From: an uncultured Caldisericota bacterium | Lineage (GTDB): Bacteria > Caldisericota > Caldisericia > UBA6126 | DNA: 25,044 nt | Direction of reading: 5' to 3' | Assembly: GCA_964565545.1 (NCBI GenBank) | Contig: CAZMFK010000002.1 | Location: 1-25,044, forward strand | Shown here: positions 17,145 through 25,044 of the stretch, piece after piece | Numbering within the stretch: the stretch's first letter is position 1 | Layout: the number at the start of each line of letters is the position of its first letter | Made by a program: the position numbers and the translations under genes | Notes under the pieces: model-generated | Database searches by the model: none | What the model saw: only the letters and a program-made list of their open reading frames with translations | Told to the model about the DNA's origin: nothing

Positions 17145-18656
17145 ATGATTATTTTACGTATAAATTTATATGATCCGGAAACAGAAAAGTACCGTTTGTG
17201 TTTTTTGCATATTGAACAAGGTTTGATAAAAACAATCAGGGACACGAACGACATCGATCATGATTTAAGCTTCATAGATTTGACCGATTTATATGCTTAC
17301 CCCTCATTTATTGATGCACATTGTCACCTAATTAATCTTGGCAAACAGCTCCATGACCCTCCTCTGGATAAAATTGTTGAAATTGATGAATTAACTGAGA
17401 CCATTCGTTATTGTGACGATGAAATTGTATATTTGCGCGGATGGAAACCATTTGCTGCTCCTTTTCTTTTAAATCGATCCCTGCTTGATCGTATAGATCC
17501 CAAACGAGCTGTGTTGTTGATGGGTAAATGCGGTCATGTAGGATACATCAATTCTAAAGCTATTCAGTTGTTTGGCCTTTTACCTTATGATGGCATGGAT
17601 GGATCAGATTTATCAGCTGGTTTCCTTAGGGAAAGGCTTTTGGATGTTGCGCGATCGTTTATCAGCTTTTCTCCTGAACAACTAAAAAAATACTTATCGC
17701 TGGCATCTTCGCATTGTATCAAGTATGGCATTACTTCTGTCCATAGTGATGACTGGAATGCTGCTACAGCAAAACACCTTATTCAGATTCTTTCAAATCA
17801 ATATTCCCTTCGGATTTATGAGCACCTCAACCTGTCTCCCCCATTTTCAATATCCTGGGCAAAAAAGAACCTATCGGTTTTAACTCATTCGAGTGATTTT
17901 TTTTCTCTGTCATCTTTTAAATGGATTTTAGATGGATCGCTGGGAGGAAGGAGCGCTTTTTTATCTAGTCCTTACCATGACGCTCCCAACGAAAGAGGAG
18001 TTTTGTACTATACTTTGCCTGAACTGGCTGATATCCTTGAAAAATCTGAAGAGCTGGGATTTACTTCTGTTATGCACGTAATTGGCGATGAGGCACTTAC
18101 CATTGCGCTTAATGCCTTTTCACGATCAGTTAGTCTAAATAATTCTCTTCAACATCGCTTATTGCATCTTCAAATGGCTTCTGAAAATCAAATTAATGAA
18201 ATGGTCAGACGCAATATTTTCGTTTCAATTCAACCAGTTTTTTTTGATGCTGATCAAGAAATGGCTTTATCGCGTTTGGGCCCAGCTCGAATGTCAAAGC
18301 TATCGTATCCTTTTGCGCAGATGGAAAACGCAGGTGTATCCATGTCAATTTCAACAGATGCACCCATAGAATCCATCAATCCTTTTAAGAATATTGTCTC
18401 TGCTGAAAGATTTATGACTCGGAAGAAAGCTTTTCAAGCTTATACTATAGCTGCTTCAAAATCAGCTTTTCAACAAAAGAAATTAGGTAGAATTCAAAAG
18501 GAGGGTTTTGCAGATTTGTTTTTTCTAGAAGAAGACCTTTTTTCTATTCCATCCCAGCAGTTACCCTTTATACAACCAGTCTTTACTATGTTTCATGGCT
18601 CCTGGACAAATTCACCCCCCCCCCCCCCCATAAGCCAAACAGTGGGAGTCCGTTGA
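17145..18656 (+). CDS. Amidohydrolase family 3 (YtcJ-like)
   Basis: PSFIDAHCHL, KWILDGSLGGRSAFL..PY, MHVIGDEA, HRLLH, SIQP, STDAP, G.I...GFADL. Confidence 0.9.
   Translation: MIILRINLYDPETEKYRLCFLHIEQGLIKTIRDTNDIDHDLSFIDLTDLYAYPSFIDAHCHLINLGKQLHDPPLDKIVEIDELTETIRYCDDEIVYLRGWKPFAAPFLLNRSLLDRIDPKRAVLLMGKCGHVGYINSKAIQLFGLLPYDGMDGSDLSAGFLRERLLDVARSFISFSPEQLKKYLSLASSHCIKYGITSVHSDDWNAATAKHLIQILSNQYSLRIYEHLNLSPPFSISWAKKNLSVLTHSSDFFSLSSFKWILDGSLGGRSAFLSSPYHDAPNERGVLYYTLPELADILEKSEELGFTSVMHVIGDEALTIALNAFSRSVSLNNSLQHRLLHLQMASENQINEMVRRNIFVSIQPVFFDADQEMALSRLGPARMSKLSYPFAQMENAGVSMSISTDAPIESINPFKNIVSAERFMTRKKAFQAYTIAASKSAFQQKKLGRIQKEGFADLFFLEEDLFSIPSQQLPFIQPVFTMFHGSWTNSPPPPPISQTVGVR
18615..18629 (+). repeat. 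Homopolymer C15 tract
   Basis: 15 consecutive C, read as five CCC Pro codons near the 3' end of the amidohydrolase. Confidence 0.95.
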
Positions 18657-18715
18657 CTTTTTAGTTTTGATTTATTTGTTTTTTCATGTAATAAGTTAGT
18701 TATGCGAAGGTGGAT

Positions 18716-20581
18716 ATGAATAATAAATATGATGTTGTCGTGGTAGGAGCAGGTCATGCTGGTTGCGAAGCAGCTTTGGCTTCTGCACGCATGGGGTGCA
18801 AAACCATACTAGTTTCAATAAATCTTGACTCTATCGCATGGATGCCATGCAATCCTGCTGTTGGGGGTTCAGGTAAATCTCAAATCATTGCTGAAATTGA
18901 CGCATTAGGTGGCATTATTGCTCAAAACGCTGAAAAAGCTTTGTCTCAGATTCAGATATTGAACACCTCCAAAGGATTAGCTTTGCGTTCAAAACGGGTT
19001 CAATGTGATAAATGGTTATATAGCCAATTTATGAAACAATGTCTTGAAAACGAACCTTTGCTGGATTTGCATCAAACTATTATTACTTCATTAGTATTAT
19101 GTAATGATAAATGCATTGGGGTTCAGGACATTTTTCAGGAGAAAATTTTTGGTACTGCGATTATTCTGACCACTGGCACTTACTTGAAAGGAAAAATCCA
19201 TTGTGGCTTTACTTCCTATTCCGGGGGAAGAAGCACTGAGCTTAGTGCTGATCAGCTGTCCTCCTGTTTGGAAAATCAGGGCGTTCGACTACGCCGTTTT
19301 AACACAGGAACAACACCAAGAATTGATAAGCGTACAGTTGATTTTAGCAAATTAGTGCCCCAAAATGGTTATACGGATTCTATCCAGTTTTCTTTTTGGT
19401 TGCCTCGAAAAAAGTATGTCGACCAAATTCCTGCATATCTGGGTTGGACTAATGAAAAAACTATTGAAGTTACAAAAAAATACTTATCCAGCCAACCTTC
19501 ATCAACTGGTCAAATGGTTACCATAGGTCCCAGGACCTGCCCTTCCATTGAGGAAAAAGTTAAATGGTTTCCTGATCGAATTCGACATAATTTTTTTCTT
19601 GAGCAGGAAGGTTTTAAAACTAATGAATTATATGCTGCAGGTTTGAATATGAGCGTTTATCCTCAACAACAAGAAGAAATTCTTCAAACAATGAATGGAT
19701 TGGAAAACGTACGTATTTTACGTCCAGCATACGCTATTGCTTATGATTTTGTAGATCCTTCTGAACTCCAAAATACGCTTGAAACAAAAAAAATAAAAAA
19801 TTTATTTTTAGCTGGTCAGATAAACGGAACGACAGGATATGACGAAGCAGCAGCACAGGGTTTATTAGCAGGGATAAACGCTGCATTGATCATTCAAAAT
19901 AAAGAGGCCCTAGCTTTAAGTCGTTACGAATCATATATTGGTGTATTAATTGATGATCTTGTAAACAAAAGGCTCGATGAACCATATCGGATTACTCCAG
20001 CTCACGTGGAATATCGTTTGTTAAATCGAGCTGACAATGCTGATCAACGCCTGACTCCTCTTGGGAGGAATCTCGGACTCATTAATGATAAACAATATGA
20101 ACAGTTTCAAGATAAAATGGAAGCTCTTGAACAAGGAAGAATTATTCTTAATGAGACTTCATTTTCTCCTTCCAAAGAAAATCTTGAGCTTATCCAATCA
20201 ATGAACTTACCAGAAATTTCCCAAAATTGCTCTTTATTTCAATTATTGAAACGTACTGATTATCACAACCAAGATTTGAGCCAAATTTCTCCTGCATATA
20301 ATGACCTTCCCGATGAAGTAAAAGAAGTATTAGAAATTGAAGCGAAATATGAAGGATATATTGCCAGAGAAAAAAACGAACAAAAATTAATGCAACGAAT
20401 GAATAAAACCATTCTGCCGTTAACTTTTCAATTTCAATCGATGGAATTTTTGTCTAAAGAAGCTCGTATTATTTTGGATCAAGAAAAGCCAATTAGTCTT
20501 GAAAAAGCTTCTCGTCTACCTGGAGTGACTCCTGCAGATATTCTTTCCTTGGTGGCTTATTTGAAGAGCCATAAAGAATAA
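18716..20581 (+). CDS. mnmG: tRNA U34 modification flavoprotein MnmG/GidA family (divergent)
   Basis: YDVVVVGAGHAGCEAA, MPCNPAVGG, GPRTCPSIEEK, AGQINGTTGYDEAAAQG, EYRL..RADNADQRL; full length (~620 aa). ATG 18716 preferred over GTG 18710. Confidence 0.9.
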   Translation: MNNKYDVVVVGAGHAGCEAALASARMGCKTILVSINLDSIAWMPCNPAVGGSGKSQIIAEIDALGGIIAQNAEKALSQIQILNTSKGLALRSKRVQCDKWLYSQFMKQCLENEPLLDLHQTIITSLVLCNDKCIGVQDIFQEKIFGTAIILTTGTYLKGKIHCGFTSYSGGRSTELSADQLSSCLENQGVRLRRFNTGTTPRIDKRTVDFSKLVPQNGYTDSIQFSFWLPRKKYVDQIPAYLGWTNEKTIEVTKKYLSSQPSSTGQMVTIGPRTCPSIEEKVKWFPDRIRHNFFLEQEGFKTNELYAAGLNMSVYPQQQEEILQTMNGLENVRILRPAYAIAYDFVDPSELQNTLETKKIKNLFLAGQINGTTGYDEAAAQGLLAGINAALIIQNKEALALSRYESYIGVLIDDLVNKRLDEPYRITPAHVEYRLLNRADNADQRLTPLGRNLGLINDKQYEQFQDKMEALEQGRIILNETSFSPSKENLELIQSMNLPEISQNCSLFQLLKRTDYHNQDLSQISPAYNDLPDEVKEVLEIEAKYEGYIAREKNEQKLMQRMNKTILPLTFQFQSMEFLSKEARIILDQEKPISLEKASRLPGVTPADILSLVAYLKSHKE

Positions 20582-20587
20582 TAATGA

Positions 20588-20603
20588 TGTTTCACGTGAA
20601 ACA
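20588..20603. promoter_or_regulatory. parS centromere site TGTTTCACGTGAAACA, within a 44-bp perfect palindrome (20574-20617)
   Basis: Exact match to the widespread ParB/Spo0J consensus TGTTNCACGTGAAACA; lies next to mnmG, which is typically origin-proximal. Confidence 0.92.
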
Positions 20604-20609
20604 TCATTA

Positions 20610-21320
20610 TTATTCTTCTTCAGTTAAGTACTTTTTGAGTTTTTTCAAACCGGACTGAATTGAGCGAACAACTTTTCCAGTCTTTACACCAAGTTTGTTT
20701 GCAATTTCTTCATAAGTCAGCTCATATTGATACTTTAGAACAATGCTTCTTCTTTCAACAGGCTCTAATTTTTGCAAAGCGGTGTTGATGGTCAACCTTT
20801 GAATAGCCATATTAGCACCATCTTCAGGGTAAGGTATAGTGTCTTGGATTTTAATTTTTTCATCACTTTGGGTTAAAGGTTCATCCAGGGAGAGTGGAAA
20901 TTTTGCGTAAGCAGCTTCTAATGATTCAACTATAACATCTTTTGATAATCCTGTTTCTTTTTGAATTTCTTCAACCGTCGGAGGAACATCATGCTGGTTT
21001 AAATGATTTTGAATCGCATTTTGAATAATTTTATAATTTTCAACAAACTTACGAGGTATACGCAAAATATCGGATCTATCCCTTAAATAGTGCCTGATTT
21101 CGCCCTGCACCATCAGGGTTGCATAGGTAGAAAAGCTGGTTCCCATAGAGTTATCAAAATTATCTACAGCTTTAATTAATCCTATCCCACCGACGGATTT
21201 TAAGTCTTCTACTGATAGATGTTTTCCTTCAGCAAATTTTCGAGCAAGATAGTCTACTATCCATAAATGGTCAACTATTAGCTTATTGCGTTCTTCTTTG
21301 CTCAATGATTTCTGACTCAT
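20610..21320 (-). CDS. RNA polymerase sigma factor, SigB/SigF/SigG-like (sigma70 group 3)
   Basis: RNKLIVDHL.IV..LARKF, EDL.SVG.IGLIKAVDNFD, FSTYA..MVQGEIRHYLRD, LRIPR, PTVEEI, SLDEP, region-4 HTH LTYEEIANKLG. Confidence 0.9.
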   Translation of the reverse strand: MSQKSLSKEERNKLIVDHLWIVDYLARKFAEGKHLSVEDLKSVGGIGLIKAVDNFDNSMGTSFSTYATLMVQGEIRHYLRDRSDILRIPRKFVENYKIIQNAIQNHLNQHDVPPTVEEIQKETGLSKDVIVESLEAAYAKFPLSLDEPLTQSDEKIKIQDTIPYPEDGANMAIQRLTINTALQKLEPVERRSIVLKYQYELTYEEIANKLGVKTGKVVRSIQSGLKKLKKYLTEEE

Positions 21321-21325
21321 AATAT

Positions 21326-23941
21326 TTATTTTTTATCTGGGTATATAAGGGTAATAACCTGCGTGCTTGCCTCCCAACTGACTCTGTAATTAAGGTTTTC
21401 AGCTACAAATCTTAAAGGCAGCATAGTTCTTCCTTGATGTATAAAAGGCACGATTCGAGGATCTGATGGATCAATTAAAGTTTCGCGTTCGTTAACAAGA
21501 GCTTTGGCTTGATCGATAGTAAGTTCAATAGTTGTGTCTTTTAGCTTTAAAATAACTGTACGGGCATCAGGATTCCAAATTAATGTTCCCCCGGTAGGCT
21601 CAAGAATAGCTCTGATAGGCATAAATGTTCTTTGGTTTCTTATAATTGGCGAAGTTCCTCTTCCTGGGTCAACTTCCGTTTTAACTTGATCAATAAGCAT
21701 CATTGGATCGTTTATTTTTAAAATCATCATTTTGATAGTATAAAAAACAAATGTTGAACTCCAGGGCCCATGTCCCAGATCAGTTTCACTTCTAACTCTC
21801 CAATAATAAGCTTGATATTTTTCTAATGTTTTGTCAGGTAAAATGTACTGATCGCCGATGATATTATCTTTGGCATGCAAAAGAGGAATAAATGTATTGT
21901 TGTGGCTTATTTGTATTTGATAACGAATAGGTTCCTCAAAAGACATAGGCTCAACCCAGCTCAAGGTAGGTCGAAGCATGATTATTTCAGCTTGATTCGG
22001 TGGATCGGAAAGTTTGGGTGGCGGAGGCAGATTCTGCATAGAAAATAATCCTCTCCCATAACTTGCAGCTATAAATAAATTTCGTTTTGTGTCCACGAAA
22101 ATATTTCTTATAGATAGCCGCTGTAAGCCAGTACCAAATAATGTCCACTGGGTTGATCCAAATTTGGTCGAATAGGCTCCATTCTCAGTAGAAGCATATA
22201 AAATGTCTGGTCTGGTTTTTTCCATAAAAATACTATAAACAAAAGAGTTCTTCAAGTCCTGATTGATTTCTTGCCAGGATGCCCCGCCGTCAATAGAACG
22301 AAGTACGCCTCCACCAAAAGAACTAGCATAAATAGTATTTGCCTGTGAAGGATGGAACTGCACTGAAGTGATGTGATAATTTGACAAACCGGCATTGGAT
22401 GGTGCCCAGCTTTCTCCTCCGTCTTGAGAAATATGCATTCCAGTTATCTTTGTAGCAGCAATGATGTTTCTATAGTTTCTTGGATTAATTGCAATAGAAA
22501 ATATTTCACCTGTTGGTTGATCAATGTCCCCTGGTCCCAATTTTGCCCATGAGCTTCCATTATCAACTGTTCTATAAATACCCTGCTCAGAGCCTACATA
22601 GAATCTTGATTCATTGAGTGGATCAAAAGCAATGGAATAAATATAACGAGTGTATAAAGTTGGAGACAAAATTCGCTCCCAATTCTCTCCTAAATTTGAA
22701 GTTTTAAAAAGCCCTCCATTAAAAGTACCAACAAAAATTTCATTTTTTGAGTTTTTTTCCATACACAAAATAAAGGGATTAGTGATTCCAAGATTGACTC
22801 TTTTCCATGTTTTTCCTAAATCTCCAGATCTAAATATGCCAGAACCCCAAGTACCTACAAATAAAAAACTACCCTCGTTGTCGTTAAGGATCATTCTTGC
22901 ATGAACATTGTTAATTCCATTACTCAAAGGTTCCCAATGGGTTTGGCTGACATGAATACGATACATACCATCACCCTGAGTTCCAACGATAATCTGTTGT
23001 TTTGCTTCATCCCACAAGAAACAATTTACTTGTGTGTTAAATGGAAGCCTGGTAAAAGCTTCCCATTCCAGCTTAAGGTTTTTTGAAAAATACAATCCAT
23101 CATAAGTTGAAATCCACCAATCATTAGTTTGAGGATGTTGCCATATTTTGGAAACATATAGGTTATCCAATTGCAAATTGTGCCTAGTCCAGGTAGAAGC
23201 GTGGTCTTCAGAGACAATTATGCCTTGTTGATATGTTCCTGCAACCCATCTTTCAGGATTTGTTTGATCGATATAAAGCGTTTGGATTTCAGTTAGTGCA
23301 GGATTTTCTGAAGCCTTCGACCATGTTTTTCCTCCGTCATAAGAGATTAATACCCATTTTCCCAAAGTAGAAGCAATAACAAAATTATTACTTCCAGGAG
23401 AATGAGCAAAAGAAGTTATTTCATATACGTTACTTCCTGTGGGAACATAATTCCATGAAGCACCAAAATCATCTGATCTATATATTCCTTTATTTGTGCC
23501 AGCCAGGCATATTGTTTTATGGTTAAAGTCAAAACAGAGCATATCCCGAACTGTAATCTGTTTTAAATTTTCATCAACCGGCATCCATCTGAACAAAGCT
23601 GAATCATAAAAAAAGATAAAATCTTCAGTTCCAGCAAACACTCCCCGGGGACTAATCATCAAGCTATGAACCCACCAATTGGTTAGTCCCTCCGTTTGAG
23701 CTTGCCAAACATTATTTTTTTCTTTCAGCAAATAAATACCACCACGTATCGTGGAAGCCCACATTTCGTTTTTTTCCTGATAGTTCACAATATCGGAAAT
23801 TACACCAGCATGTAAGCCAAAATTTGATTCCACCCAAACTTGGTTCTCTTCTTGAGCTGATCCTTTTCCATAATCAATTAACAAATTAATGAAAAAAAAG
23901 ACTGTCAGGCATATGGCTGAAATTAATCTTATTCTTTTCAT
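21326..23941 (-). CDS. Secreted Asp-box (BNR/VPS10-like) beta-propeller protein with FN3-like domain and C-terminal copper-amine-oxidase-N-terminal (stalk) domain
   Basis: N-terminal signal/TM segment; about 8 S/T-x-D/N-x-G-x-S/T-W-like repeats; aa ~640-735 PTLSW...YQIQIS...YYWRVR...GPWS; aa ~740-868 DPGRGTSPII..RTFMPIRAI.E..GG...W and RTMLPLRFVAE.L...V.W; AAGGAGG SD. Confidence 0.88.
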   Translation of the reverse strand: MKRIRLISAICLTVFFFINLLIDYGKGSAQEENQVWVESNFGLHAGVISDIVNYQEKNEMWASTIRGGIYLLKEKNNVWQAQTEGLTNWWVHSLMISPRGVFAGTEDFIFFYDSALFRWMPVDENLKQITVRDMLCFDFNHKTICLAGTNKGIYRSDDFGASWNYVPTGSNVYEITSFAHSPGSNNFVIASTLGKWVLISYDGGKTWSKASENPALTEIQTLYIDQTNPERWVAGTYQQGIIVSEDHASTWTRHNLQLDNLYVSKIWQHPQTNDWWISTYDGLYFSKNLKLEWEAFTRLPFNTQVNCFLWDEAKQQIIVGTQGDGMYRIHVSQTHWEPLSNGINNVHARMILNDNEGSFLFVGTWGSGIFRSGDLGKTWKRVNLGITNPFILCMEKNSKNEIFVGTFNGGLFKTSNLGENWERILSPTLYTRYIYSIAFDPLNESRFYVGSEQGIYRTVDNGSSWAKLGPGDIDQPTGEIFSIAINPRNYRNIIAATKITGMHISQDGGESWAPSNAGLSNYHITSVQFHPSQANTIYASSFGGGVLRSIDGGASWQEINQDLKNSFVYSIFMEKTRPDILYASTENGAYSTKFGSTQWTLFGTGLQRLSIRNIFVDTKRNLFIAASYGRGLFSMQNLPPPPKLSDPPNQAEIIMLRPTLSWVEPMSFEEPIRYQIQISHNNTFIPLLHAKDNIIGDQYILPDKTLEKYQAYYWRVRSETDLGHGPWSSTFVFYTIKMMILKINDPMMLIDQVKTEVDPGRGTSPIIRNQRTFMPIRAILEPTGGTLIWNPDARTVILKLKDTTIELTIDQAKALVNERETLIDPSDPRIVPFIHQGRTMLPLRFVAENLNYRVSWEASTQVITLIYPDKK

Positions 23942-23986
23942 GTCTTTCCTCCTTAGAGCTAATTATTAGAATAAATGGATATTTTT

Positions 23987-25044
23987 TTAATTGATAAGGG
24001 CATCAAGGCAATCCAAAGAGTAATTTATTCGTTGATCATTGCTTTGGATATCAAATCGGTAAAAATATTTTAATGCCAATGCGTCAAGCCATGCGTCAAT
24101 TTTTGCAGGCCCTTGCATTAGAACAGTTTTTTGTTTTATGTTTTCTCTTTGTGCAATTGAAATTATCCTGGAAAATGAACCATGCCCAAAACAATTTCTT
24201 GTATTATTCAAAGGGTAAATTTCTGGAAAAAATCTTGCTCTAAGCATCATGGATAATGCGCAACCTGTTGCAAAAATACCATAATTTTGTAAAGCAAATT
24301 CAGAAATAATCTTAACAAAATCGAATTGGGTCCACAAACAACAACATCCAGGGATGACCACCCAGGAAGTAAACTCTGCAATATCTTCATCATCTGGTGT
24401 TTCCATCAGATATTTCTCTGCAGGTAAAGATATTGGTAAAGCATGATTGATTTCGCTGAAAATTTTAATTTCATGGATAAAATCGTCCCATTGCTGGTTC
24501 ATTTCATCGGTTTTAACTAAGGACATATCAATAACCGGAATTTTTCGTTCTTCGAGGGTTTGCAAAACTTCTGGCATAACACAAGCCTTATCAAGAATAA
24601 TTCCATGAAGATAAGGAAGTTGAAAAATATATTCTTGTTCAAGGAATCCTGCGTAATGCTCTGATCCGTAGCGAAGCGAATACTCAATACCTGCGCAACC
24701 CATAGTCAAAATGTTAATGGGCACTTTTCCAGTACGGGATTTATTATTGATGAAAGAGTGATGATGGGCTTGTGTGCCAAAATAAAGAATATTTAATCCG
24801 CAATTATCAGATTTTCCCCAGCTATTTCCAAACAGCCGTTGTTTCAGATTTTTTTTCTGGTTTAAATTTGTTAATAACTCATGGTTTTTTTCAATAATCC
24901 ATTGCAGAGAATTTTTAAGACTTTTTTCATCGGGAATATACCCCTGGACAGAGTAATAGCTTAATTCCTTTGGACAATGAAGATCAATTTCATTAGAAGC
25001 ATTTCGCCACATCAAAGCATCTCTTAAAGACGCTATCCATTTGG
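23987..25044 (-). CDS. Degenerate CO-dehydrogenase (CooS)/prismane-family protein, C-terminal part (runs off the right edge)
   Basis: Frame stays open upstream of the tracked TTG 25015 to the window edge (KWIASLRDA-L...). INILTMGCAGIEYSLRYG...FLEQE...LDKACVMP parallels CooS INL.G.CCTG.E.LMR.G...L.QE...VD.QCIMP; VIPGCCC and ATGCAL parallel V.GCNN and .TGC. Confidence 0.7.
   Translation of the reverse strand, partial: KWIASLRDALMWRNASNEIDLHCPKELSYYSVQGYIPDEKSLKNSLQWIIEKNHELLTNLNQKKNLKQRLFGNSWGKSDNCGLNILYFGTQAHHHSFINNKSRTGKVPINILTMGCAGIEYSLRYGSEHYAGFLEQEYIFQLPYLHGIILDKACVMPEVLQTLEERKIPVIDMSLVKTDEMNQQWDDFIHEIKIFSEINHALPISLPAEKYLMETPDDEDIAEFTSWVVIPGCCCLWTQFDFVKIISEFALQNYGIFATGCALSMMLRARFFPEIYPLNNTRNCFGHGSFSRIISIAQRENIKQKTVLMQGPAKIDAWLDALALKYFYRFDIQSNDQRINYSLDCLDALIN

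Noticed and set aside
20003-20008. CACGTG as a second parS
   Set aside because: Only the 6-bp core; the flanks do not match TGTTT/AAACA, and it encodes His-Val within mnmG.
22030-23850. Periodicity in the propeller gene as a DNA repeat array or CRISPR
   Set aside because: The repeats are protein-level Asp-boxes with divergent codons; no identical direct repeats with spacers were seen.
1-25044. tRNA, rRNA, IS/transposase, integrase or selenocysteine read-through
   Set aside because: None recognised; intergenic gaps are short, and no in-frame TGA splits a recognisable gene.

Overview
AT-rich, gene-dense bacterial chromosomal segment. The anaerobe-type gene content and a secreted protein ending in a copper-amine-oxidase-N-terminal ('stalk') domain suggest a Caldisericota-like lineage (inference only). 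A perfect parS site next to mnmG suggests the window is origin-proximal. Left to right: mfd (partial, absent from the ORF track), pth, an orphan and a nitronate-monooxygenase/FabK-like gene on the minus strand; a tightly packed plus-strand run (GT4-TagA-CsaB triple fusion, comF-like, Cof HAD, sdaAB, sdaAA, stand-alone GHKL ATPase, bioY); an acyltransferase-3; a very acidic Cys-tailed small protein; an RRM protein with promoter, structured leader and terminator; several membrane/DUF genes; a YtcJ-like amidohydrolase with a C15 tract; a divergent MnmG; and, converging on it across a 44-bp parS palindrome, a CO-dehydrogenase-like gene (partial), an Asp-box propeller surface protein and a SigB/F-type sigma factor. 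No rRNA, tRNA, CRISPR array or transposase was seen. Best leads: the three-enzyme cell-wall-polymer fusion, the mirror-image parS junction, the degenerate CODH-like protein, the motif-altered MnmG, the GHKL ATPase, the acidic putative DNA mimic and the two-state RRM leader. All family calls come from motif recognition by eye; no database searches were run.
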